A DNA stretch of 64,000 nt from Ptychomitrium polyphyllum (Eukaryota). A model generated the notes under the pieces. That model saw only the letters and a list, made by a program, of their open reading frames with translations, ran no database searches and was not told where the DNA came from. Shown piece after piece: positions 1 to 15,100 of the stretch. Position numbers and translations under genes: made by a program. The stretch covers positions 12,710,001 to 12,774,000 of the forward strand of contig OZ316776.1 of NCBI GenBank assembly GCA_973851085.1, given 5' to 3'. Positions within the stretch are counted from its first letter, which is position 1, and each line of letters opens with the position of its first letter.

Positions 1-461
1 AGGCAAAGGCAATTTTCCATGTCCATCGTGTTGCGGGAATAAATCTGGTTCCTCTTTATGGTTGCTACTTGGTGAATGGAGAGGTTGTTGCGTTTTGTTG
101 GATGTTTTGCCAGGGTGTGGACGTCGTGTCCGTTGTTTTCTTAGAGATTGTTATTCATTTAGGTGACTGAGGGTGGAGTTGCGTAGATTTTGGTGGCGGG
201 GCGTGGTTAGGGTTGAATGCGGGGGCAGGGCTGTGAGGGTTTGGGAGGGTGTGGATTGGGCTCCTCCTGTTTTCTCGTGGTGGATGGTGTTGTTTCGTTT
301 AAGTTGCCAGTTTGTTTGGTTCCGATGTGAGTCAGTGTGCACGGGCAGCTTCGCTGTGGCCTGGTTCTTGCTTGCGTATGGTCTGTTTTCGTACCGCTGC
401 TATGGCGAGGGTCTTGCATGTCGACGGAATGTTGGGCGTACTAGGTGCCGCAACGTCGTGA
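1..461 (+). CDS. Possible 3' end of a CxxC/DnaJ-type zinc-finger protein gene, truncated at the window edge
   Basis: Frame 2 from base 2 reads GKGNFPCPSCCGNKS, resembling the end of a CxxCxGxG repeat. A GT follows at about 48. A candidate last exon tag|GT GCC GCA ACG TCG TGA lies at 445-461. Too short to be sure. Confidence 0.3.
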
Positions 462-999
462 GCATGACCTGATGAAGGGATGTAGTGGAGGGGTGTAACC
501 GTGCCTAGTTTAGATTAAATTATGGTCTATAATCTTCGAATATGATTTTGGGCATTGTGAACTTGCGATTGGTCTTTTGTTGAGCTCCATGCTCAAACTA
601 AATTCAGCTTTTCTAGGAGCTCGCAATACAAGCGGTCTGAATTCAATGTAGTTATTGAAATTAGTTGTCAATTGTATGTCCTCGAATCAGTAATGACTAA
701 AGAGTTATTACATTCGGGATCTCCTGATAAGTTTGACACGAGGGTCTTTTATGGAGCACCTCAGTGCCTTTTCGTAGCTTCGCTCTGACTCTCCGATCAC
801 GGGTAGGTTAGAGATGACAGCGATGGTAGTCGAGTTTCAGAATTGGACACCTGTGGAACATGAACGATCATATAGGATTGTCGATATTCTGCATTTTCAT
901 TTCGTATCCGAGTTTGTTTTCAGAGGTGCACCTTAGACAGGTGAGGTAAGGAGCCCTTACATCTCAGTGTAGGACTAGTTGCTGTGTTCATATCTGGCA

Positions 1000-3744
1000 T
1001 TAATGTCCAAGTGTGGGTGCGCTGTAATTGTTCCTCACTGCAAGATTCTGGAGTTCGTCCATCCGTTTAGCCCATTCCAATTTGGACGAGTGCTCCCTGA
1101 CATGCTTGTGCAAAACCACAAGCGTGTTGTACTCACAATTAGGGAACATGAAGAAGGGAAAGGTGTGGTGCAGACGGTGCAGAACATAACCGAAGCTCAG
1201 TTGGTCTCTGGGAGTAAATCTGTATACCTCGTTGAACCAGAGACATGAAAAGAGGTTGGTCATGGGGGTGTGCTCCCTCACAATGAGTGCTCCCTCTGGA
1301 ACATCTGCTTCTACCACAGAACACCACCAAAGGAAGGTTTATTGAGTTCTTGTCTAGGGTATAATTCTGCAACGTTAAGGAGCTTAACTAAGCAGTTTCA
1401 GAGAGTATTTGAACAAGGTTGCGGACGGATAGTACAAGGTTCTCGTTAACTCAATCACACACCCTACTGTCTCGTATTATTCTAGTTTGGCAGTACAATT
1501 TCCTTTGTGATAGTAATAACCAAATAAGAAATTGGTGTTGCTTGTCAAGTAGGTAATATGACATTGCGCACCTTGTGGAAAAGATGAGGTTGTCACCTGG
1601 TGCTTTGTTAGGAATTCACCAATTGGATAGAAATATGGTCTAGGTACGTACCGCTTTGTAGGGGGAGCTTAGCTTCGGACCAGGGCTGCAGGCCCTCGTT
1701 GCGGTAAACCTCCATGTGCTTCTTAATGAGAGGACGAGCATACCGCTTGCGTCTCTTGCATGCATCAGCTTCTTCGTACACACTTCGATGGTGCTTGTGC
1801 TGTGCAATGGCAAAAGACTCGTTCTTTCTCCACAAGTACCTGCACTCAAGCTCAAACTCATTCACTTCATAATCATGGATACCAGATCACCTTGCAGACT
1901 CGGCAGAGAAAATTCCTCCTGTCTCTCGGCAAGAAGAATGTACAACCAAGTTATTTCAATTACAGAGTGTGAAACGAAGATCATATAGAGGATTGTACAC
2001 TTCTTGGAAAGAAAGCAATCAAACTGATCCAGACCAGTCTACGCAGGATGTGCATTTTGTACAGTACTGGATTCACACCGGGTGATTGAAAAACGATGGC
2101 TGCTGTGTAAGATTATGCTCACCTCTCAAGAATCAAGATGGGGTCGGTAACAAGCTCCAGTTTACCATCGATCCAAATACTAAAGTGTACCTCAGGAAAC
2201 AGCCGGTGTAGCAGAAGCTTAGGCACCTTGCCGTTGCGTCGTGGTTCATCGAAAGGTAACCTCTTGAGCTCGAGCACCCGCCATATCCCAACCCACTTGC
2301 CCCCATATTCATCTTGTGACAGAAGCCCCCCATGCCTGAAAGTCTCCAGAGAAACGTGGTCTATAAACATGACGAAGCAAAAAACCTTTTGTGCTAGGAG
2401 GCTCACATTGGAGGGTTGATGTGGTTGGTCGTAGTTGTCAAAAACGCCGGTAGCCACCAGATACTGGCAGTGGCTCCCAAATTCTTGGTCTTTCGAAGAA
2501 AAGAATTCCAATCCGTTCACTCGAGCAAATCCGCAGTGGATCTGCAAGAGGAGGCCAAATCTCGTGGGGCTCATACCATTTCTGCAGTTGTCATAATTAT
2601 ATCTTCGCAGTGATCTAGTGGAAACCTACACCTATCAGGTACCTTCATGCTGGGCTTCAGGACGAAGCTTTCTTCTCTCTGTTGCCATGTTTGATTGCCT
2701 CCGAACAGGATACTCATGGGCATTTCGTTGTCGGCATTCACGAGAGACTCCTCGACAATATAAGTGAGATTCTTTGGTCCCCACGCGGTGCTCCTCTTCA
2801 ATTCCGGGAACCTTACCGAGTACGGATTGCCTATTAGAGGAATCGGACAACCTGTGACTTTACAAGAAAAGCGCATTTACACTTCATGAACCTCTGAAAT
2901 TATAACGAGCTCCTCTTCATGAACAAGTTGTGCGAAGAGATGATTCCATTTCAGTCATTATTTGCAACTGTTCAGAGTCGATTTGAGACGCGTTGCATTA
3001 TTGCATAAGATTGACAATCATAAGAGAGCTAAGATTCAAAGAAAGCACAATTTTTGGACTTCCCCAGAATCTCATATACACTTTCAAAGCTGAAGCTACA
3101 AAAGTTTTCGACGCACACATACATCCCATACACAATACATACCCAATGTTTAGGATGTGATTGAAACGATATTTTTGAACGAGCATTTTGAGGTTTTAGG
3201 ATTTATAATGGATGGCGTTGATGCTGCAAATTTGAAATGCACCATGGATATCCATGTCCAAGATGGTTTCATTCACACGACAAGTGTTCAACACACGATA
3301 GAGCAGCATCCACGAACATCCTTCTCTACAAAAAGCCCTTCCTTCTGAAACATTGTTGTAATAGACTCTCACCCGGTCACAGAAACTTACGGTGAGCGGG
3401 ACCCGGGAAGAACCCGAGAGCTGCCAAGAACATGTAAAGCTTGTGTTTCTTCTTGCATCTCCCTGCACCCCCGCCGCACGACGAACAAAGCTGATCCACT
3501 GGATTAAAACCAGGGCACACCTGCGATCCATCGGTGTTTCAAAACATGCAGTGCCCCTTCATGACAAAGAGATGATGAGATGTTAAAAGAGGAGGGCACC
3601 TGCGAACGAGTTGGTAGACTCGCAAAACCAGAACGAGAGCACACACACGGAGAATAGGAGGCTGGAGCATGCAAGGAGCGTCCCTGCGAGAGCCAGCCAT
3701 GGCATGCTCCTCCTCCGCGGACGCTGCATGAGCTGCATGGTCAT
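1000..3744 (-). CDS. DUF616 / TOD1-MUCI70-type glycosyltransferase-like type II membrane protein, 6 exons
   Basis: Exons 3744-3600, 3462-3391, 2851-2643, 2541-2123, 1839-1652 and 1304-1000 have GT-AG ends and compatible phases. The N-terminus has an RPRRR stretch plus a hydrophobic anchor. Family motifs seen: FGGNQT, RRNGKVPKLLLHRLFP, SIWIDGKLEL, FSCLWFNEVYRFTPRDQLSF. Confidence 0.9.
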
Positions 3745-6168
3745 CAACGACGTGTAGCTCTCGATCTACAGACTGACCATCCAAGGTCACCAAGTTTGTC
3801 TCTTTTCCACTCACAAGTGTGTTGGGACATAAGCATTCTCCACTGCAATAAGAGTGTGAGGGCGTCTTTACACCTTCTGTTGCCGTTGCCGACTTTAGGG
3901 AATTTCAGTAACAGAAATGGGCAAATTTTTTAGGTGTTTTTTTTGTAAGGCTTTAGATTTTTTTCCATTGCCCACAACAGAAGAAATATGAAGACATGAG
4001 AAAATGAGCTGGCTACCTACACGGCAGCAATAATTGGAAGAGAGTCTGCTTTTATTGACTATTTGGAGGTGTTTTGGGGATGGTGACCAAAGGCTTCTCC
4101 ACAAGAGAAGTTTCTTTCATTGAACATTATTTTAATGTCTTTCCATTTTTTCTAGTGTATTTTTATCTAAGATATGTTTATCTTTAACTAATTTTTTTTT
4201 TTCCCATCACTTGGAAGCAAAGGCATGAAGTGACTCTTAAAATGTTTCATAGCGTTCCTATTTGCTTTCAACATGACTCACCACCTAAATCTTTCTCACC
4301 TTGTATGTGATGATGACACATTAACTTCAATGACATACAAAGGTGTTGTAAATATTTACATGGTCAAAGTCATTTATAGAATGTAAATAGGATATTTATG
4401 AAAAATTGTATAAAATGTCAAGAAACTAGTCACATGTAATTCTTTATTTCTACTTAGTATAAAACAATGAAGAAGACTATCTTTTAAAAAAGTAGATCCA
4501 ACAAAGATTCCAATGTAATTACTATATTTTATCTTTGAATTATGACACATTTTTTGCATGAATTTTCAAAACTACATATTTTTGGCAAATACGTTTATTT
4601 ACCATTTCCAACTTTTGATTTAAAATTAATCCAAACTTTTATTAAAGAATATATAGAACTAAAGATTTTATTTAATGGTAGTGAACTGGTGAAAATACTT
4701 GCATCCCATTATTAAACTATTATGTAATCTAGAGAACATCAAGAATCAATCACATATATTAAAGGCTGCTTTAAGAAATCAGATTAATATGGAAATGCCC
4801 ATTTAAAAATGTACCACATAAGAACATCAAAATTTGGGCATAATAATAAAAATTTATAATGCAATTTTCAGAAAATCTAGAACCTAATTGTGTAGTATTC
4901 AAATTTTATGCAACAAAATTAGTTAGAATTTTCCATCAATTGTTAACAATAAAAAGTAATCAGTAAATATTTCTAATAGTGTAAACTGCGGGCTCATGCT
5001 TAAATGGACCGTTTTAAATGTATCTATCTTAAGTACCTTCAATAACTATCAAGCTCTGCTAATTTTAATAAGTAGAACAGTTTAGACACTTTTAAAGCTT
5101 ACACCATAAAGCTTATAACAATTTAAGCCAAGAGACGTGTGTACCTCTACACAAAGAGCATTTCGTCATAAAATTCCTCTTTGTCACAGAAATAGAACGT
5201 AATATACACAAAATTATGGTAACGAAAGTAAAAAGGTTGCTGCACTAATATCTTCTTAGCATTGAATGGAAAGTTTCCATGAAGCATGTATTGGCAAACA
5301 GTAATATACTAAGTATACCCAAAATCAAACTTCAAAGACGATAGTTGAAACGCACTTTGGGCAATGGATTAAATATGTTTTCCTGTTGAGTAACTGCTTT
5401 CAACGCCAAGTATATGTATTGAAACATGTACCGTAACCACAGGCAAAGATGACGCGAAGTACACAAAAATCATAAATAAACCTTTGGGTTAAAAACAAGG
5501 GGACAATTCCAAATAACTTTATCATGCAACTAATCCATCAATTAATTTCGTGATAAATTGAAGAGTTACACATGGAGGTGTTACAATCGATAATAGCAAC
5601 TATTCTTGGAAAATAAGTGAACTTATCCATAACCTGCGAATGTTAATAACCATCTCAAAAAGCATTGACTATTCATATCGAACTGCAAACAATGCAAGTA
5701 ATCTGATTATGAGATCGTCTCTGCTATCAACTCTGCTACCCCAAGCGCACAGTGCAAGACAATTAAAGACGGAACACGACTTGCACAACGAGAAAGTAGA
5801 AGGAAAATAAGCGCATCAATATAAATTACAGTGTAAGGTTTCATATTGATTTAAGAAAAAAATCAATGGTGGCTATTACAAGGAACAATTTCAGTTTTAA
5901 TTTTACTGCAAACTTACCGAAAGAATCAGAATGTGAAAAACTCGGCAAAAGGGACGCAAAATATAGCTCACCCAGCACATTAATCTTCTATAACTATCGA
6001 GTAAACCCAGAGTCGAGCAAACAACTCTACAAAGCAACTGGGAAAGAGCTACCAGGGTAGAAGTTACAGATGATCGACAATCAAGGGTCCATGCAGCATA
6101 TTCGCTGCGACGTTTTCTAACTACAATGTTCAATCACCAATTCTAGACCTACCGCAGCTACAAGTAAA

Positions 6169-9100
6169 CTATGTATCTGGTTGTGGCATTAGAAAGTGGA
6201 AGGCAGCGTTGTCCTTCAACAAAGGTGGCGGCTCAACTTCAGCCATGTCAACCTCGGGCATTGACTTTGATATGTCATCTACGGAGAATGGGATACTGCA
6301 GCACACAAAACACTTACTGTTAGTAGCCATATTCTGAGTTGAAAAGCATTGTTCCTAGTGTACATAATACAGCAGTCCACGTTGCTCGCCAAGGTCAAAC
6401 ATGTGATAGCAAAGATGAGATCTTAACAAACAGAACGTGCACATATCATCATGGATCAACCGTCGATCACCTGAGGTTTTGGTCATACCTAGAGTCGTCG
6501 TCTAGCAAGAAGGAGTTGCTGACAGCACTGTTAGAATCCTCCGTCATTAGAACTCTCATGTTCGCAATCACCTATAAGTGGAAGACATGAGTCAGTGCTC
6601 AAAGGATGAAGTGACTCCTCACGGAACAAAGCAACGGCTGATGATGTAATTCTTGGAGAAGTTATGACACACAACGGAAGCTTACCTCCGGCGAGACGCT
6701 ATGGGTACCATACTTGTCATCCCAGTACATGGTACTAATACGATATAGCTGCTGGACACTCAACACCTGCCGGAAAGCAATGATCGTCAGTAATCATGCG
6801 CTTCTCCCGATCTTGACTACATCACGAATTATCAATCCAAACACGTTCGAAGCGAGGCCCACTGCCGATTATGTTCTCAGCACGTTCCGTCAACTTACCG
6901 GGCAGAGATCGTGGGTGATCTCATCAAGCGACTTCTTCGGTTTTTGATGAATGACCTGCAAAAGAGCATTTTGAGTGAGAAGTACTGTCCGACCAGCCCC
7001 AGAACATCAGAAGCAGCGAGACGTTTTGTACGATCAGCGAAGTAACTCGGAAGCTCTGGAATTGAGATTAACAAACTGGCCCACACTCCAACAGTCCCAT
7101 TCATGACAAACACGGGATTCTGATGCTACGAGAGGTTAGCTCGGAGAACGTTCACGGATCAAAACCCAGAGCACTGTCAACCAACATGTATTACTCCATT
7201 CTAGGTAATGCCCAAGTGGACGACAGAAAGCACATACCAAAAACCCAACTGCTTGTCGAATGTACTTCAGCTCATCCCATGATGCTCCAGCATACTGCGG
7301 ACAACACGGATCAGTTCGACAAACTGTAGAATCGACGAATGAAGGTGGACAGCCCACGAACCCATCAAACACATCGACTATAAATAAACCGGAATCGAAA
7401 TCAAAACCCTATGCAAGTGCTGATGGATGAACTCTGTATTGCTCGACACATTAAGGACGGTACCTCCTGCCCAGCTTCATATATCCAGTGCTCAAGTTCT
7501 GCGAGTCCAGCTTTCACATATTCTCCATTGCTGAATGAGCAACACTCCCGCCGCAGAAGTAAACTGCAATGAACCCAATGCACGATCCCCGTACAAAAGC
7601 TTAGATTGGCACAGCAAACTTCACTCCAGAAGTCAGGGACTCACTCAAGGACGCCACAGACTTGATCCAGAGTATATGATGAGTTTTCGAAGAAATAGAG
7701 TTGAAGAAAAAGAATCGTCTTCGGCATCTAGTCACCATTCACAGAAAGGCCTGACCTGTTGAATAGCTGTACATTGATGAACGAGAAGATTTGGGTGAAG
7801 AGCTTGCGAACAAGGAACGGAGGGACCTGCATTCAGCACGTCACAACTCAGAGCTGGCTATAAATATAAGCACTACCTTGTGCTTGTCTGAATCATGTGT
7901 GAGAAGTTGCGGGAAAAGTAAAGGCTTCAACAGAACAGAAAAACACGCAGATCCGGAGGCTCACATGGTTGGCGCGCATGGTGCTCAGCAATGAACTGAG
8001 GCTGGAGATGATACTGTGCCAGTGGCTGCTGAGTGTCTGCTGTGCACTTACGCTCGAACTCGGCGACCTTGACACCTTGCCTAGACTAGCCCTCGATGTC
8101 CTCGGGGCCTGCCAGAAAGTTTTGGAAGGTTCCGTCAGCATGACACCAAAGAGGCGGACAGAAGGAACACCTTGAAAATTGCACCTTCATATTTAAGGAC
8201 TACAGCAATCCCTCATGGGATACAAACATCACTGAATCGTTTGAACTTGTACGCTCGGTACACGAATAAGCAGGATGAAACACCATCTGACCTGGATACA
8301 GAGCCCAAGCAGAGGTGAAATCTCCTTCTTCAAGTTGTCCCGGACCATGCCATAGATCTTCTCTACGTACGCAGTGAGTTGCTGCTTGAATAGCAGGGCA
8401 GGATACTTGGCCTCAACCTGCCGCGACATATCTAATCCACCCATGATGCCTCCATTCGCGAATGAGACGGCACCCGGGGTAGGAGACGCTCGGAACCCCT
8501 GATAGCCCTTCTGAAAGGTCAGAACCTTCATTCTACACACGAATGATAGTGGAAACATAGAGTTCTAACTGAAATCTGGTCAACCCGACTAAACAGATCC
8601 TAGAAATGTACAATCGTGTAGAGATTCAGCAAACGTCATTATTACGTTGCTCAGCCTCAGCAGATCGGTCACTTACTTGCGTCATTCTCCCAAACAGTGT
8701 CACAGAATTAGAGCGTCGCCTTTGAGGAGTACCCCCTGCAGCTCCGCTGGCTTTAAGAGTCCGTTGCAGAAGGAATAGCAGAGTAGAGGTGTTGGACAGC
8801 CAGTACGCGAGCACATCATTGTTATCTTGAGTCTGCAAATGAACAGGTTCTTTAGTTAGAACCTGCTAAATAAAGTCGTTTCCAAATAAGGGTCAGCTGA
8901 CTCAGATTCGGAGCACAGAATGTTTTTCCTGCAGTTCATCAGAGGCAATGAAGGCACGCCGTTCGACACTGGGAGGGAACCGCACCAGGTTTCAGCCGAT
9001 GCGACAAACTTGCAATAAATGATGAATCTAGGGTTGACCATGCGTCGAGGAGTGCTCTCATCGAGAACTGCTTGAGATCCTAGGAACTACAACTCACGCA

Positions 9101-12100
9101 GCATTTTAGATACTCCACTTACTTCGATAGCAGTGCCAATCGTTTGAATGATTCGATCGAAGACATTAGTCCTCTCTGCCTCGAAAGAACGCCATTGGAG
9201 CAAGGACTTGTATAATATACAAGCGGCAATTGGACGATCGTTGTTGAAGCCAACGTCTTGCATGACACACTGCAGTAACGAATCTTGATTCTCCTGCACG
9301 AACAGTTGCACAAGTAAAATCAGGTCTGGAAAGTGGTTCAATCTTAGTATCAGATTAAAAACCACAAAGGATATCATACAATCCGGTGTCTGATCCTTCT
9401 CGTTTGCACAGTACGCGAAGATACTGGAAACGACACTCTGCTCTAGCATCCGTAGATGGCCGGCATGAGATTTCACATTCGACTCTAAGCCTTGTCTAAC
9501 AAATATCCGGCAACGATCGACCAACCGACTAAAGCCTACCTGTTGTCTATCAATAAGCAATTTCTGGCGCCTCTGCTCAGCCTCACTATGCTCCCTCTCA
9601 ATTTGGGCTGTGTTCGGCGACTCCTGCAAACACAGAGAAAAACTTGAGATTACTCTTCGAACATGAAGTAACCCAAAGTCCAACCTGGTCCTTCCAACTG
9701 AACAACAAACTCCACCCGCTGATTACGATGCAACAACGAAAATCAACCTCTTCCACAGAATATCTAGGGAGTTTTATGCAAAGCCAAGAGCATAAATTGT
9801 GATACGTAAGAAAATCCGGCTGGAACCTATACAACACATAACATGACAAGCAGCGAAGAAATCAACTCCTCACCGGTACTGAACGAGGAGTTTCTCTGTG
9901 GTCATTGTTGGCAAGGTAGCCATTATCTGGAGTCCTCTGAAAAAAGTAACGGAAGGGGTACAGCACACATGTTAGTAACATACACACAAAACCTGGCGGA
10001 AGAGATGGTCTGATGTAAGACACGACTTAGCTGTAGATGCAGTTCTGGAAGGGCTGAGAAATGAAAGATACCGAGCATACACCGATCGTGAAAAGGGTTA
10101 AGAACTTCAAGAAACTAAGCCGATTTCAACCTAGCGAAGGACACCAAAACCAGTACATACGCGTACTTCACATGAGAATGAGACAGGATCACCATGTCAC
10201 ATGGTATCTCACCTGAAACACTGTGCTCTTGAATCGGTTCGACAAGCCCTTGGTTGGTGATGATACAAGGGTCTGTTGCCGAAGAACTTGATTTTCGGAC
10301 TCCATGTTGGCCAGCTTTTCTTCCAATCTGTGCCGAAGCAAACACTCAGATGTCTATTCTACACACCAAAACTTCATAGCCAACTCCTACAATGTTGCGC
10401 AATAGCCGGACTAAGATCGACACTCTGCACAAATGAACAGAAGTCACATCCCGATAGCCCAGAAACGGCCCAGATGAGCACCCAAACTCAGCCAGGCACT
10501 GGATTGCAAAACAGACCTTTGGAGAGCTTCTTGTGTTTCAGTGATCTTGGTTTCTGCTTGCTCAGCTCTTTTAAGGCTCTCCTCACTTTCATGTTTAGCT
10601 CTCGCAAAGTCCTCTTCGGCTTCTGATGCTCTCTTCTCTAAGGACTTCAGGAGGGCCTGCACAAACCACAAAGCAGAACGCCATTGGGTAAATGTCGCAG
10701 GCCAGAGTATTGCTCCTATTTGTGATCGTAACCCAGATGAACTTATCCAACATTCACTATCATCACACAACAGAGCAACGGAGCCAAAGAAGAACACTGA
10801 TGAATTGGTTTGCGCAGCATACCTGCAGCTTTTTGTTATCTTCCGTGAGCTTTTTCACTTTAGCGTCAAACACTTCCACAGGAGGCACTTCCTTTATAAC
10901 CTGAGCGGCTTGGCCAAGGGCCACTCTATTATCTTCAAGCTCCTTTGCAAGCTGTGAGTTGGCTTTCTGCGCTTGCATCAACTGTTCTTGTAATGCTCCT
11001 TGCAACTTCGCGATCTCTTGATTTTTAGCTTCCTCCATGTCCGTCTGCACAGCAATCGCAGTACAGTATATTGCAACTTCCGTTAGCATGGATGCCCACT
11101 GACATCGCTACGTACTTTCTGCCCTCCCACCACTTTCGTGTTCCGCTTCACAATTCTCAGAAAAACCAGACAAACAAGGAGCTAAGGAATCCCAAGGGTC
11201 CACACATAGAACTCGATTTGTCAATGCGCACACACAGTTGAGCTCCCAACCAAAGAGCCTCCACCAACAATGTGCACAGACATACCCGCATGCGTTTCTC
11301 GAGTTGCAGACGCCACGTGAGCTCCTCGCATCTCTTCTCCAGCTTCGTTTTCGCTTCTTGCAATGCCCCAGTTTCCTTTGCAGCCTACACAAACCACAAA
11401 ACAAGTTCGGGAAAAACGTCCCAAAAGCATCATTCGACACGGACGTCACCGAGAAAAGCAACGGGACGTACATCATTCGTCGAGATGTGAGAAGCAGCTA
11501 CTTTCTGCTGGACCTGATGGTTGCATGATATGCAACAAAATCACAAAAACCGCACTACTAGGGAACTGAAAACCACTGTCTCTACAGGCCAAAAAAGCAA
11601 CTAGCGTACACCAACATAATGTTCTCTTGCAAGCAATGTCAATGACAGTGATGCTGGCTCTTTACATGTTTGAGCTTCTTGAGTTCATTTCTGGCCACCC
11701 TTCCCCGCCAAGCGCACTGAATCGTGATAGCACTCTTTCGGCACTTCTTGTATTGTGATCGTGCCTTGTATCCACGCCACCGCGCCTGTGCAAGGCAGCA
11801 CCAGATCAACCATGACACCACAAGTCCAGTCTGTACAGAACCAGCTACTACGCTAAAGGACCAGTTGAATGCGGCCATCATCAGTCACTGCACCGTTCCT
11901 AATAAAAACAATGCAACAAGATCTTGTAGACTGCTCTTGAAGCAGACAGCTCCCGTACCTGAATGAGGGTGGCAGCCTTGGTCTGTCTTCTTAATCGGTA
12001 CTCCTTGCGAGCTGCCATTCCTCGGAATCCAGCTTGTATCTTCACAGCAGCGTCTTTCATCTCCATGAACTTCTTCCGAGCGAGCCACATCCGAACATTC

Positions 12101-15100
12101 TTCTGGATATATATTGCTGCAGCTTCTTGACGCAGCCGTGCATACCGCTTTCGAGCAAGACTCCCTGCACAGACACACGGCAGACACACAACAGCTGAGG
12201 AACGACTCACGCATCAAAGACCTGGAAGTACCATATCCCAGAGATTCACCGAGTTCGAAGTATCTATCTCCGTCTCGGAACCTCGCCAGTGTATCTGCAT
12301 CGTGACTGCAACCCATACCTCGCCAGTATTTCTGTATCGTAACTACCGCCCTCCGCATGGCAATCAAATGCCTTCTTGCCAGGAAGGTTCGGACTTGTCT
12401 CTGGATCGTCCTTGCTGCGTTGTTCAACATCTCAGCTCTCTTGGCATCAAGTTCAGCCATTTGGCCAGACCGCAAAAACACCTTTGTTTGACCCAACTGA
12501 ATCCACCCAATCCAACAGCCATAGATCGTAAATCAGAGTCTACCCAGAGCACCTTGCGTTTGACTCCTTGCAGAATGATAGCAACGATATCAAACTCCCA
12601 TCCATGTATTGTACAAGCAGCAGAGGTGACGGACGAAGCTATGCACCTGATAATTCTTCAGGTTCATTTTTGTCAGAAGTGTCTCTGCTGCCATCTTCTC
12701 GTCATAACTAGCACAACAAGACGCCAACGCATCAGAACAAATTAGGCCTCCATGTCTTCAAAACGCTGGCCTCACACTATCCTCGCCTAGAGCCAAGTAA
12801 AACCGTATCGTCAGCTTGGTATCCAAAGCTCATCAACTGGCAACTACGTAACACTTTCAAGAATCCAAGTACTTACTTGCCCTCCAGAACCTCCGGTGCC
12901 AGCATCCCAAAGCGGTCGAGAAACTCGTAAAATGTGCGCCGGGTAGGGTACCCTGCACAGCTGATCCTGATTGCCTCCAAGACTCCCTACACAAGGTCGA
13001 GCCACATCCATCATGACTGCATCAACGGACCTGCGCCGCCTGTGAAAATCGAAATCTGCACAGAACGAAGCCAAAGCCAAACAAAGGAACCCGCCAAAAG
13101 GAAATCAAACTCACTCCACATCGAAGCTGCTGGATGACGTTCTGGTTCTCAAAGCGACCAGGCTTGTTCAGCATATTGGGCTTCACACAACGAATGTAGT
13201 GTGGCTCCGTTGTGCTCAGGGTGTCCATCAACGCTCCCAGTTGTTGCTGCACATTCGCTCGGCAGTCAGTATAACGGAACCTAACTTGCAGACCCAGGTA
13301 TCTACATGGGGGTGATCCGTCAAGAAGAGACGCATGATTCCAAACATCAACTGCATGCTCACAGTATGTGAGCATTTACATACATCATTACACCGATAAA
13401 CCACAGCTTTAAGGATCTGCCCAATCGTGAGATCAGAAAATGCTAGCCATCCAGGAAGACTATCTTTGCCAACCTTGAAACGAGTACCGATAGAAGAGAA
13501 CTTGTATGAAGACTTCGAGCCTTCATCAGCAGACTTCGGGAAGAGGCTCGCGACAAAAGGGCAGGCAGAAGATCCCAACAACGACTGATGCTCAGCAACG
13601 ACATAATCTTTGTTCTTATCCAGAAACAATTCGGTCTGATACGTAACCTGCCAAGTCGTAAGAGTATGTTGTCAGTGCCCGGAAACGTACTGACAGCGAA
13701 TGCTCTACCGAAACGCCTCTGCATCCCAATGAAGGAACTGGTAGAAGCAGAAAAACAAACTCGACCTTGAGGAGACATTGACCAATCAGCCATATCAGCA
13801 AATCAGGGACAAGAGAGTCCGGTGCTCACATCCCCAGCATAATGATTTATCGTGAAGTCAGTGCGAGCAAGCTTTGGCTTGCTTAAACGCTTATGGTTCC
13901 TGTACTGCTGGAACAGCTTCGTCGCAAACGTCTCATTTGTAGACTTAGGAAACATGCTGCAAGATCAAAAGCACAACCCCTCAGATCCCTGAAGACCTCA
14001 CCCATTCCTCATTGCAGTGCTTGGCTTCCATATTCAAAAAGTGATTCAGCAAAAACAGTGATGTCGAACATGCTGTGACGCATACCAAGCTTCGTCAAGG
14101 AGAGCAATGATGCCAGAAGGTTTCTGCACAACAAAGAGCCGTTGGCAAAACGTCAGATCCACGTCTGCCTTCAGATTCCAACCGGAAGTTCACAAGCTAA
14201 AGACAGACACTGCATTTGCATAACAACGGGTCTCTTCGTCAAGAAGGTACTCGCTCACTGCATCTGCAACTGCCAACTTGCATAAGCACATCCTAAAAGC
14301 TAGAGTGCAAAGGACAAGAAGGAAACCTTCTCTATGAGATCCAAAACATCTTGGTTGTCAACGAACTCAATGTAGCTCCAGTTGATGGCCTCCTTGGTGT
14401 ACTCGTCCTGCTCCATCTTGAAAACATGCTGTGCTTTCAACGCAAACGCTATATTAGTATCCCTTCTGTACACTCGCGGATGTTGATCAGATTCGTCTGT
14501 TGATCAGACTCGCAAGGAACAAGATGGCAACACCTGAATTCCTCGTGGAACACACTAAACAGCAGAAATTCACACCTCCAACCATAGAGGTTCACAGAAA
14601 TTTGGGAAAAGCTGACCTGGTTAAAATGCTGCTGAAGCTTCTCATTGGCCAAATTTATACAGAATTGTTCAAAACTGCAGCATGACAAACGGCACTTAAG
14701 CTGCAGGGGCCTGAGGTGGACCGCTAAAATAAAAACAACGCCCTCAAAACAGCCAGGATTTTCACCCAAGAGCTGTTAACTGCGTTGAAATGCGCCTATA
14801 CCAGAAACTATGTCCAGAAGACGCGAACGTTGGAAGACGATTAATCCCTAAGACGAAAGTCGGGCCTTACCTGTTGAACTTGAAGCTTTCAAAGCCATAA
14901 ATATCTAACACACCGACAAGAAATGGTGAATCCGGATCTTGGCCGATGGATCTGTTTACTTTGTCTACGAGCCTGAAACAAGCGAACCACAACGCTACAT
15001 AGAGTCATCAAGTTCAACTTCTGCAGGAAACAGAACGAAATACACGGTCACAAATCCACAGCCTTCAAAGATCATCCCCAGCCATTCACCAAAAGATCGG